Assembly: GCF_018350175.1 (NCBI RefSeq)
Contig: NC_058368.1
Location: 228,410,001-228,474,000 of the forward strand
Origin: Felis catus
Taxonomy: Eukaryota
Length of the DNA: 64,000 nucleotides
Reading direction: 5' to 3'
Shown here one piece after another: positions 37,552 to 49,312 of this stretch (position 1 is its first letter; every line of letters starts with the position of its first letter). The translations under genes and the position numbers were made by a program. The notes under the pieces are model-generated. The model ran no database searches and had not been told where the DNA came from. It saw only the letters and a program-made list of their open reading frames with translations.

Positions 37552-38880
37552 GCCTACCTTATTAAATTCTTCCTATTTGGCCCAAAGCATCACCATTTAT
37601 TTCCACCTTTTCTTATATCCAGTGTAAACCTTAGCAAATTTTCTTCTATTTATGTCTCAAGTTCAACCCTTCCCCTCCTCTATTCCCACTTCTGCCTTGC
37701 TTGTCTTGCAGCCTTTTCCCTTCATAACTGAACTGCTGCACCAGCATTTTCCTCTGAGATTGGTCTGTGTCTCCATCCAGGCTGTGTTCAGCCTCCACCT
37801 GCTTTCCTGGCATGTGAATGCCATCCTATCATTTCACTGTCTTCAGGGAGAATCGGCTCAATGCGGTGGTCCTGTTAGTAACAGTTTACAGTCGTACCTG
37901 GGCCTGCGTTAGTCGCCACGTGAATCAGCCCACGTGCTGCCTTCTTTGTGCCTACGTGCATCTCTGCCCAGAACGCTCCTTCCTCCTCTTCACCCATCCA
38001 GATCCTTATACTATTGAAGACCCGCCTCACATCCATCTCCCTGATTCCCTTCAACAGTTTTTCAGTCCATGCTCATAGTGCTTCTTACTCCCACAGCTCC
38101 ATAAACTGCTGTTCTTCTTAATAAAAACAAAGTTGACATAGTCAAGGTTGCCAGAAGAAAGAAAATGAGCTGGTGGCAAAGAGCACCCAGCCCCCTGGCC
38201 TGGCTGGTCGCTGAAAACTGCTTTACTCTTGACTTGCTATCTCTGCAGTCAGGCTGGCTTTTTCCTTAAAATTCATCCCTAATATGGGATGATGACCACT
38301 CATAAGTATCTTCTATAGATCCTGTGTAAATATCCTATAGACTTACATGAGAAATGTCTTTCTTTTTCTTTTTAGTTTACTCATAACTAACAGAGTATAA
38401 ATACATTTATAAAATATGATTGGTTCCGATGATTGTAGACCAAGAATGTCATCATGAGGTCCTGGGAAAAATCACCTACTTCCAAGGTCTGCCCTTTGCT
38501 GGCCTCTGGCATGATCCTCCAGGAGAAATCTTGCTTCGATTCCCATCACTCTGGTTAGTCATTTCAAAGTCCAGATCAAGGGTGAGATACCGGGTTCCTT
38601 TGCTTGCCCTGATGGCATTGAAGACCTGCCTCTGCTCGTATGATTGACATTGGCAATGATTTCTCCTGTTAGGTAAACCCATGCATTCTGTGTTTTGAGA
38701 TAGAGCCCAGCACTTGCAGAACCACAGAATGCTGAAATAAACACATTACACAAGAACCCAACAGTCATAAGACACCACCAGTGGACATCAGTGGAGGTTT
38801 TTTCTTCTTTATGCACATGAGTCTTTATTGTCAAGGCAATCTGACTGTGACACTTGTCACTTCAGTGTTGATTTGGTAGA

Positions 38881-39322
38881 TGTATTAGTTTACTACGGCT
38901 CCTATAACAAGTTACCACAAACTTACTGGCTCAAAACAATACAAATTTATCATACAGCTCTGGAGATCAGAATTCTAAAAGGAGTTGGCAGAGCTGTGTT
39001 CCTTCTGGAAACTCTGGAGGAGGATCCAGCTTTGCCTTGAGTCAACAGGCTGCCCGGATTCCTTGACTTATGGCCCATCCTCCATCTTCAAAGCCAGAAG
39101 CCCACTCTCTTTCTGCTTCTGTTGCTGCACTGCCTTTATCCTCACCACATCCCATCTGTCACCCCCCTGCCTCCCCTGATAAGGACCCTTTGATCACACT
39201 GGACCACCCAGATAATCCAGGATGATCTCCCCATCACAAGTTTCTAAGTTCAATCACATCTGCTACTGTAGATTCCAGAAATCCATATGCGGATATTGTT
39301 GAGGAGTGCATTGTTCTGCCTA
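38881..39322 (-). mobile_element. MaLR LTR (MLT1)
   Basis: tgtattagtttac..ataacaagttaccacaaactt...gataatccaggatgatctcccc. Confidence 0.8.
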
Positions 39323-39530
39323 CGATAGAAGAAAAGGATAGATATATAGGTGTCTCTTCCTCCCTCAGCTAAGTGCTACAAAGATGATGACTTTTCAGGA
39401 AATTAAAAGTTTTTTTTTTTTTTTTAACCAAGTTCACAGGAATAGTTGAGCATCTCTACTACAATCTCAAATCTTGTAACCTATGTATAAATATGTAATA
39501 TAATACCCATTTAAGATGTATTTATATATA

Positions 39531-40386
39531 CAGTAAAACCTTGGTTTGTGAGCATAAATCATTCCAGAAACATGCTTGTAATCTAAAGCACTTGTATATC
39601 AAAGTGAATTTCCCTGTAAGAAATAATGGAAACTCAGATGATTTGTTTCACAACCCAAAATATTCATATAAAAATGATTACAGTACTGTAATATAATACA
39701 AAATAATAAAGAAAATACAAAATATAAAGAAAAATAAACAAATTAACCTGCACTTATCTTTGAAAACCTTTGTGGCTGGCGTAAGGGAGACAAGAGAGAG
39801 GAGGGTTATTGTGTAGGACAACTTTCACTGTCACTAATGGAATTACTGTTATCTGTTGGCTCAATAGAATCTTTTCTTGCACGGGGGCCATTGTATACAC
39901 TCACACAGATGTTGACTATAGTACAGTATTAATAAGCTCTTGTCATATACTGTATTTAATATAACTGGCAATAAGGCAGCAGAGGAAAGGGTCTATATCA
40001 GTGGGCAGCCTGACCTAGAATGAAGCAAAGCATTCCTAAACTCACTCTTGTATGGAAAAACAAGACTGTCCATAAGTGCTTGGAAGTGACAAAAATACAC
40101 TAGTGTCAGTTCTGGGCACCTTCCAATGTTCTGAGAAATCACTGATTTCTGCCACACGCCATGGTCTGAAACTGAACATCTGAGCACGGGAGATGATCAC
40201 CTACAATCCCACAGCGAGTGAAAGAGAGAGAGAGAGAGGAAAGGGAGAGAAGAACCATTGGCTCAGTTGTTGATCATGTGACATTCATGCACCACTCATA
40301 TTGCAAGATGTCGCTCCTCTATCAAGTTAAAATTTATTAGAAATGTTTGCTCGTCTTGTGAAACACTCGCAATCCAAGGTTTACTC
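39531..40386. mobile_element. TcMar/Tigger-type non-autonomous DNA transposon
   Basis: Terminal inverted repeats cagtaaaaccttgg ... ccaaggtttactc with TA on both sides. Confidence 0.8.
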
Positions 40387-40410
40387 TAACTACTTATATA
40401 AATTTATTTC

Positions 40411-40780
40411 TGTGTTAATTTGTTTGGGTTACTGTAACGAAAGCACCTAGACTTGGTGGCTTATAAGCAACAAACATTTATTTCTCATAGTTCTGAAAGC
40501 CTATTAAATCTATGATCAAGACACTGGCAGATTTTGTGTCTGGTAAGGACCTGCTTCCTGGCTCACAGATGGCTGCCTTCTCTCTGTGTCCTCACATGGC
40601 AGGAGGGGTGAGGGAACTCTGAAGCGTTTTGTTTTGTTTCGTTTTTTTATAGAGACACTGATCTCACTCATGAAGTCTCCACTTTTATCACCTACTCACC
40701 CCCAAGTGCACCACCTTCTAATACCATTACGTTGGGGATCAGTTTTCAACATATGACTTTTGGAGGGACACAAACATTCA
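40411..40780 (-). mobile_element. MaLR LTR (MLT1A-like)
   Basis: ggtggcttataagcaacaaacatttatttctcatagttctg...ggacacaaacattca. Confidence 0.8.
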
Positions 40781-41089
40781 TAAATGTCTATAAAAGAAAT
40801 ACACATATTTCTTTCCTGCCAAACTTCTTGTCCCTATGCAAAGTACATCATAGATTCTTTATACAGTTTTATAGAATTACAATCAATTTAGCCAGTGTCT
40901 TCTAATAGAAGAGAAAGAGCTCACACTTCACTTAACACTGTTGACTGGGATCTGATGAATAAATGAAGACTAGTGAAGAAAATTGTGTTAAAAGACAGAT
41001 ATACAAAAAATGGTGTTTCTTGAGGCTGGGAGCAAATAGGTACATCAGAAGAGTTTAGAAACTTGAAGAGCATGAGGAAGTATTTTTTT

Positions 41090-41312
41090 CTTATTTTTTT
41101 ATTAAAAAAAATTTTTTTACATGTATTTATTTTTGAGAGACAGAGCCCGAGCAGGGTAGGGGTAGAGAGAGAGGGACACACAGAATCAGAATCAGGCTCC
41201 AGGCTCTGAGCTGTCAGCACAGGGCCTGATGCGGGGCTTGAACTCATGAACTGGGAGATCATGACCTGAGCCGAAGTATGACGCTTGACTGACTGAACCA
41301 CCCAGGCGCCCC
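41090..41312 (-). mobile_element. CAN-SINE (feline type)
   Basis: Ends ccacccaggcgcccc; typical body. Confidence 0.95.
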
Positions 41313-41820
41313 TCCTTTTTTTTTTTTTTTTTTTTTAATGACTACACACTAAGGAGTATTATTTGCAGGATCTCATGGCCCCACTCTGAACTGCAGGATA
41401 AATGAAACAGGAAGAACAAAAGTTAAATGATGATTAAAAACCAGAATGACAGGATTTAAAACCTACAGATTAAAGGATGAAAAGTTTTGCCAGAGATGAT
41501 CAGGTGAGATGCCTGTTGCCTATGAAAGGTTCCGAGGGAGTATGAGATGATTTGTAGAAAGTGCTTGCAGAAAAGGCTTGTTCTGGATAAGGATTTTGGT
41601 TTGTGCTTAGTAAACAGAATAATTAGTAAAGATTAAGGAAATGCACCCTGAAGTTTCTTGGTTCGTGATATTTCCTTGGCATGGATTTCAGAAGAAAAAA
41701 AGCTTATCAATGTAACCATGCCTGGTTTTTAAATTAGGGAATGTTATTTGATCTCACCCAATCAGATGAACTGACAGCTTGTGTGGGTTTTAAAAGCTGC
41801 CTAAGTTAATTACTCCCAAA

Positions 41821-42251
41821 TGTATTGGCTTTGGGTCTTTCTCTCCACCCACGACAGCCTTAAAGCCATGAAACAAAGAGAACAAACAAACAAACAAACA
41901 AACAAACAAAGGGTGCCTCGGCCCTAATGCCCTGGTTGCCTCTGCAAGCTGAAACCCAAATCTAAGCCAGAGTCAAGTGCATGTGAACCTGAGAAAACGA
42001 AATTTAAGAACAGCCACCGCAAACAGCCAACTAGGCTTCTTCTTAATGAGGCACCCTTTTAAAAAGCTAGAGCCAATCAATTTCCTTGCTTTGTGTCTGC
42101 AGCTTCTTAATAAACGCCTTCCGCCACAGCTCCTGCCCTTGGAGTGCTCCTAAGCACTTCTGGTTTAGTGCTGCCTGAGTGGAATCCACGTATACTCAAA
42201 GAAAGTCTTGAAAAAATTTTTGTTTAACGTGCCTCAGTTTACCTTTTAACA
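41821..42251 (+). mobile_element. ERV1-class solo LTR
   Basis: TGT...ACA termini, CCAAT boxes, 3' end gtgcctcagtttaccttttaaca, degenerate 4-bp TSD caaa/caag. Confidence 0.7.
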
Positions 42252-42545
42252 CAAGTCAGAAGGAAATGAGACCTATGTTTTGAGTGGGCACCTAAATGGC
42301 TTAATGCAGTCCTAAGAAACATTGTCTGTGTTCTTTTTAATCTATTTATAGTTCAGTGGTGTGTCTTGTGGGGCCTAAAGGGATGTGCAAAAAACCCTAC
42401 AAAACTTTGGGGAAAATCTGGCTCTTTACATTACAAATTACATTATAGGGTAGAAGTTTAGCATGGTGCACTTGGTCTGGGTCCACGTGACCTTCTTTAT
42501 AAAAGGAAAATAATTTTTTTCCAAAGGCAATGGTGAGGATTTTCT

Positions 42546-42719
42546 TTCTTTTTTAATGTTTATTTATTTTGAGAGAGAGCGTGAGGGAGGGGCAGATAGA
42601 GAGAGAGAGAGAGAGAGAGAGAATCCCAAGCAGTGTTAGTGCAGAACCCCATGCGGGGCTCAAGCCCACAAACCGTGAGATCATGACCAGAGCTGAAATC
42701 AAGAGTCAGAGGCACCCCT
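42546..42719 (-). mobile_element. CAN-SINE with internal deletion
   Basis: TSD gtgaggattttct on both sides. Confidence 0.9.
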
Positions 42720-43570
42720 GTGAGGATTTTCTGAGACATTTTAGCAAGAAGGGGGCTCGGTGCAGGCTGATGGTTATTACAGCTGACACTGAATACATTT
42801 CCTTATATTTTACAGAAATTTTAATATTTCTAGGTGGGGTACTACACAGAGGTAGCTTGGAGAAGAATGAAGGGGTCCCTGACTGAGCTCCCCCTCCCTA
42901 TTCACCTTTCTGTCATTTGGTCTCCCTTTTGAGGGAGGCTATCAGGTGACGTCAGGGAGAGAGGTCACCTGCTACACAGAATGATTGGTGATAAGCCTGA
43001 TCTTGGGAAACAGAGTGCATAACCTTCCTGGGTGGCAGATTTTTCTATCAGATACCAAATGCAGCTGAAGGATGTGAGAAATGCTTGTCCATCTTAAAAA
43101 ATAATCTTGCAACGTGAGAGGTGCCAAGAGGTTTACCTATTTCCACCGGGGAAGCTGGAATAAATGACAGTATACAGATTAGCTTTTGAAATGCCCATGT
43201 TCTCCTGTGATAGATTGTGAAGAGGAGTGTTAGTCTGGGTCCTTTGGTTTCGGCCAGTATTTCTCTGTTCTGGATCCTACACTAAACGTATACGGAACCT
43301 GTTATTAGGATTAAGAGGGAAATCTGGATCAAAAGTTGGCTGGAGCTTGCTGTTTTCCTCTTACCCATATATGAGTTTAAAAATACTATGTTTTCCCCTA
43401 AAAATCTCATGGTAGCCTCAGAATCCTTTGTCATAGAATAGTATTGAAGTATTTCAATACTTCATTTCATTCCAGTAGACTGGAATGAAAAATATTTTCA
43501 ATCTTTTTTTTATTAATACCATTACTTCATTTATTCATTGATCTGACATCCATCAATATCCATCCATCCA

Positions 43571-43662
43571 AGCCCGACGTGGGACTTGAACCCATGAACT
43601 GTGAGATCATGACCTGAGCTGAGGTCAGACGCCTAACCGACTGAGCCACCCAGGGGGCCCCT
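43571..43662 (-). mobile_element. CAN-SINE 5' half only
   Basis: agcccgacgtgggacttgaacc...gagccacccagggggcccc; the (CT)n tract and A tail are missing. Confidence 0.9.
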
Positions 43663-43679
43663 CAAGCCTAATATTCTTA

Positions 43680-45140
43680 AGACAGAATTCTGATTCTTCC
43701 TTGTCCAACCAAACCTGATCCCTCCCTAGAATTCTTCATCTTAGTAAAATGGCATCTGTGTCCATCCAGTTGTTCAAATCCCAAAACTTGGAGTCATCAT
43801 CTATTCCCACTTTTTCTCACAGCCCTTTATCACTTTATCAGCAATGCCTTTGGCTCTACCCTTAAAATGTTTTCCAAATCTGACTGCTTCTTATGGGTCT
43901 GTTATTGAACCCCCCGTATGGCTGCCCGTTGTTCAAAAAGCCAATACTCAAGAGATGGGTTTTGAATGGAAAGGAATATTAGCTTTATTCAGGAGGCCAG
44001 CCACCTTGGGGAAGGTGGACTCTTGTCCAAAAGCCAACTCTGAGGTTTCTGCCTGGCCCGGGGGGCTTTTAAAGGGGTTCCAGGGTAGCTGATCAAAAAA
44101 GGGAGTGCAGTAGTCTGTAACATTTCCTGATTATGTGCCGACTCCCTGGTGCCAGCTACAAAGGTTATCTCCGTGCTCTGGGGTCAGGTGGGAGGATCTT
44201 GTTTCCATTTTGAGATGTGTAGGAGAACTCTGTTCTTTTTGCAAAGGAGGGCAAGGTCTACAGATGCACAAAGTGAGGTTAGGAAAATAATTTGTGTGAC
44301 CTATAAAACAATACAATACAAAGAAAGACCTTTTGCTAAAAAATTGCTAGGTTAATCAGAAAGCCGAGGTGCCCTCATACAGACTTGCTTGTCTCTGCGG
44401 CCTGGGAAAGTTCTGGTCCTTCTCTCCTCAAGGCGAGTGGTTTGTCTGCTATGGATCAAGGGACTTAGGTCAGCAAGTAAAGAGTGTGTTAATTTGAAGC
44501 CAGTTAAACCGAAAGACTGGTTGGAACACTGTCACAGGCCCTATTCCTTCCAGGCCATAATCCCTTCTTTCCTTGACTCCTGCAATAGCTTCTTGAGGGG
44601 TCCCATTTCTTTCTCCATCTTTAGCCTAATCCCCAGCCAGTAGAAAACCTGAATGGGCTTCTTATTATTGCCAGAATAAAACCCAGGGTCTTTATCATGG
44701 TCTTCAAGGCCTCATGTGGTCTGGTCCCTGACTTCCTCTCTGCCTTATTTGTCTGGTTCTTCTCCTGTTTCTTGCTCTCACATCACACTGGCCTTCTTCC
44801 TATGCCTTCAGCTCTTAGAGCCTGCTCCTACCTTAGCGCTGTTGCACTTGGTTTTCTATCTGCAAGTGATGACACCCATCTGTCTCCTGCTTCCTCAGTG
44901 AGATCTTCTCTGACCACTCACCTCCTCATCTCCTTCATGCTTGAGAGCTAGTATTGCTTGAGAGCTAGTATTACATGTGTATTTATTTATTATGTGCCTT
45001 CCCTACTAGAGTGCAAGCTTCACAAGGTCAGAGACTTCACCATTTTGTTCACTGTGGTGTCCTTGTTCCCAGAACAGCTTGTGGCACATAACACATGCTC
45101 TGTAAATATCTGTTGGCTGTCTGAATAAAGAATGAAGAAA
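43680..45140 (+). mobile_element. LINE-2 split by the LTR at 43900-44536
   Basis: L2 motifs catccagttgttcaaatcccaaaacttggagtcatc and 3' end aaatatctgttggctgtctgaataaagaatga. Confidence 0.7.
43900..44536 (-). mobile_element. ERV1-class solo LTR (carnivore family), copy 2
   Basis: TG...CA termini, TSD ggtc/ggcc; shares blocks such as aaagccaactctga and gatcaagggacttaggtcagcaa with 11411-11975. Confidence 0.85.
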
Positions 45141-46606
45141 TGAGACACATTCTCTTTCTTCATAAAGCTTGCAGTCCAGTGGGGTGATTCTGAGAAGTAA
45201 ATAGGCAAGTAGCATGGGAAGATCCCTGGTGAGAATGGAGCAGAGGACTCTGGAGCTCCACTTCTCTCCTAGCTTGTGATTGCCAGGACCATCTTTCCAG
45301 AGAAGGTGAGATCTCTACTGAGACGTTAATGATCAAGAGTACTTAACACGTCATGCAAGGCATGGACCTCTGGGTATGCCAGGGCTGATAAAGGCCGGGA
45401 AGCTGAGCCAGCTGAAAGACTGAATGTGATTTTTGGTACTGCTTCCCTCTTACCTGAATTAATACTAGTACCTGCATTATCACTGATTTTAAGCTGAGTA
45501 AATTGTTCAACTACAATTTTGTAAGTTTGGTCATTGGGCGGCAGTTGTCCCTGCCAAGACAATAGCTATGAAATTGGCGACATTTATAGTCCTCAGAACT
45601 TTCCATTGGTAACACACTGGGCAGTCACATCCTTCAGGGCCAAATCGTATCTCCTAGTTGGTAACACCCTGGGCTGTGATTCCAATATGCCCACTCCCTT
45701 TACTCTGCCCTCATCTTAATGAATCATTTAGTCCTGGGAAGATTTGTCTTGGATTATTAACACAATGCCCAACTTCGCAGTGATGGGGGGGGTGGGGGAA
45801 GCCTTAACTTTAAGAAAAATGTGTTGATAAAATTAGGTCATCATTCTTTCCCCTGCTTGCCAGAAATTTTGTCACATAGTTCACTTGCAAAATATACACC
45901 CCAAGATTTACCTTCGATTTAAGTGTGCCAACGCTTTCAGAATGTCCATATTTTCATTTTAAGCTTTATGAAACTGGCAGAGGTGGGAATTACCCCATTT
46001 TACATGGGATAAGTTGTTTTCCTTCCTGCTATCGATGGCATCCCTTGGTACCCATTTGAAAGCTCAGAAAGAATTAATTAATGAGACACCTTACATTGAC
46101 AAATACCACATAATGGTACCCAAAGTGGGACTGTAATCATAATAATGCATTTTGCACAATAGACAGTGTTACTTTTCAGTAATTTCAGGGACTGTTCCAG
46201 ACAGGTACTCACAGGAAGATTAGACATGCCCATGCTGTTCACTTTGAATACATGATATGAGGATTGTAATTTACATGAAACCATTAAATTTTACTTCTGT
46301 TCTGCTAAAAGGATATGAAAAACACTTCACATTCAATCTTTAGAAAACTGTGTTGCTCTTCCAGACAAGTGGTATAAACTCATGTGTTAGAGATATGGAT
46401 CCCAAACTAATCTCCGAAGAGAGAGAATTGTTTGTTATGGAATTGGGAAGAAAGTATAAGGTCTAATATGCTGAAATCAGTAAAAAAATAAACTGTGTTT
46501 TAAAAATAAGGATTTTTCCTCATCATTTCATATGTATTAGTGTCAAAATACAAGTCTATAAGTTTTCAACAATACTCCCACCCTTCCCCAATTTGTTAAT
46601 GATCAA

Positions 46607-46995
46607 TATTATGGACTAAGTTGTGTCTCCCCAAAATTTATATATTGAAGTCCTATATACTCCATTGTGACTCTATTTGGAAATGGGGCCTTTAAAGGTG
46701 TAATAAAGGTTAAGTGAGGGCTTAAGGGTGGGGTCCTAATCTGATAGGATTGGTAACCTTATAAGAAGAGGGAGAGACACCAGCGATCTCTTTCTGTCCA
46801 CATGTGCACAGAGAGAAGGCCATGTGAGGATACAGTGAGAAGATACTGTCTGCAAGCCAGGAAGAGAGACTTCCCCAGAAACCAGTTTTGTTGGAATTTT
46901 GATCTTGAACTTCTAGCCACCAGAAAAGGAATGTCTGTTGTTTAAGCCAACCAGTTTGTGGGAAATATGTTGTGACAGCCTCGACAAACTAATAA
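46607..46995 (+). mobile_element. MaLR LTR (MLT1A/B-like)
   Basis: tatggactaagttgtgtctccccaaaattta...gtttaagccaaccagtttgtgg...aaactaata. Confidence 0.85.
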
Positions 46996-47317
46996 AATCA
47001 TGTTGGAGATAGAGAGCACATACAGAATATGGGTCTTACTCTAAGGATCCTACAGTGTAGATTTAATATACTTGTAATAGTTTAAGAGTAGTATCTTTAT
47101 TGGTTGCGTGCTGAAGTGTGCCATTAATTGTACACATTAAATGTGCAACTTTTAGTATGTCAATTACTGTATATTTAAACAAAGCCATTTAAAACAATGA
47201 AGTGCCAGACTGTTTTTTCTATTTATCTTAATTCAAAGAACTACAAGTAAAATCCCTGGATTGCTCTCTTCTGAATATTGTTAAGCTACATCTGATTAGT
47301 GACACGTGGGCCACAGG

Positions 47318-47434
47318 TAGGGTGACCAACTAACTGTCTGGTTTACCTGGGACTGGGGGAGTTTCTGGGATGTGGGGCATGCGGTGCTAAAACCAGGGTT
47401 GTTTCAGACAAACTAGGACACATTGGGCATTCTG
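47318..47434. mobile_element. MER81/MER94-like hAT-Blackjack MITE
   Basis: Starts tagggtgaccaac..ctggtttacctgggact, with a degenerate inverted end. Confidence 0.6.
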
Positions 47435-47883
47435 GTACAGGCCTGTGCTCTGGCTGGCATGGCCACTGGGCAAGTGAGTTTGGATCCCTACCTTCCATGG
47501 GCGAGACTTGAAAAGGGGTATTTACCGGTCAGCGTCCTGTTACGATTAAGCAATCACACTGTCATTTTGGTAGAGATATTTTAGTACAAAGAATTGCTAA
47601 CTCGGGATAAAGAATAGTTGACTGAGAAACTAAAATGGCAAAAAAAAAAAAAAAATTCATGAATGTATCATAGAGTAGCAACTGCAGAAGATGGGGGCTT
47701 CCCCTAGGGTTTGGGACAAGAGGAAGAAGTTGGAGCTGTTTATGTGTAGATGCTTAATGTGCTTCGGGGTGGGGTCCCATTGGATGGGGACCCAGACTCC
47801 TGGAAGAAGTGCTAGCTGGTCAGTGCTTACCGTATCTCTGAGGGGAAGCAATGAAAACAGTCATGTAAATGTTGGAAGAACTG

Positions 47884-49312
47884 TGTCAAAGATTAGTTGA
47901 CCATATACTTGTGGGTCCATTTCTGGGTTCTCTATTCTGTTCCATTGATCTGTGTGTCTGTTTTTGTGCCAGTACCGTACTGTCTTGATGACTACAGCTT
48001 TGTAATACAGCTTGAAGTCTGGAATCCTCATGCCTCCGGTTTTGTTTTTCTTTTTTGGAATTCCTTTGGCTATCTGGGGGTCCTTTGTGGTTCCATACAA
48101 ATTTTAGGATTGTTTGTTCTAGCTCTGTGAAAAATGCTGGTCGTATTTTGATAGGGATTGCATTAAATGTGTAGATTGCTTTGGGTAGTATAGACATTTC
48201 AACAATGTTTGTTCTTCCAACCCATGAGCATGGAATGTTTTTCCATATCTTTGCGTCCTTTTCGATTTCTTTCATAAGTGTTCTATAGTTTTCAGAGTAC
48301 AGGTCTTTTACCTCTTTAGTTAGGTTTACTCCTAGGTACCTTATTGTTTTTGGTGCAATCACAGATGGGATTGATGCCTCGATTTCTTTTTCTGCTGCTT
48401 TGTTATTGGTGTATAGAAACGTCAAAGATTTCTACATGTTGATTTTATATCCTGCAACTTTGCTGAATTCATATATTAGTTCTAGCATTTTTTGGTGGAG
48501 TTTTTGGATTTTCTGCATAGGGCATCATATTGTCTACAGATAGTGAAGGTTTGACTTCTTCCTTGCTGACTTTTTCCTGACTTTTATCTCTTTTGGTTGT
48601 CTGGTTGCCCAAATGTCCATCAACTGAAGAACGGATAAAGACAATGTTGTATACATATAAAATGGAGTATCACTCAGCCATCAAAAAGAATGAAATCTTG
48701 CCATTTGCAATGACATGCGTGGATCTAGAATATATTAGACAAAGCAAAATACATCAATCAGAGAAAGACAAATACCATACAATTTCATTCATATGTGGAA
48801 TGTAAGAAACAGAACAGTGAACATATAGGAAGGGGGAAAAAGAGAAGAGAGAGAAAGCACAGGAGACTCTTAAAAAATTTTTTTTAAAACAATTATTCAT
48901 TTTTGAGAGACAGAGGGAGACAGAGCACAGGCAGGGCAAGGGCAGAGAGAATGGGAGACACAGAATCTGAAGCAGGCTCCAGGCTCTGAGCTGCCAACAC
49001 AGAACCCGACGTGAGGCTCAAACCCATGAGCCGGCAGATCATGACCTGAGTTGAAGTCAGACACTTAACCAACTGAGCCACCTAGGTGCTCCCAAAAGAG
49101 ACTCTTAAGAACAGAGACCAAACTGAGGGTTGATGGAGGGAGGTGGATGGGGAATGGGCTAGATGGATGATGGGCATTAAGGAGGGCACTTGTGATGAGC
49201 ACTGGGTGTTGTATATAAGTAATGAATCACTGTATTCTACTCCTGAAACCAATATTGCACTGTATGTTAAATAACTAAAATTTAAATAAAAATAAAAAAG
49301 CACAAAGAAAAA
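47884..49312 (+). mobile_element. 5'-inverted (twin-primed) truncated L1 with nested SINE
   Basis: Minus-strand ORF2 piece 47884-48600 joined to a plus-strand 3' end 48606-49312 with A tail; TSD aaatgttggaagaactg (47867-47883) / aaatgttgggaaaactg (49313-49329). Confidence 0.85.
48874..49097 (-). mobile_element. CAN-SINE nested in the L1 3'UTR
   Basis: TSD gagactcttaa on both sides. Confidence 0.95.
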
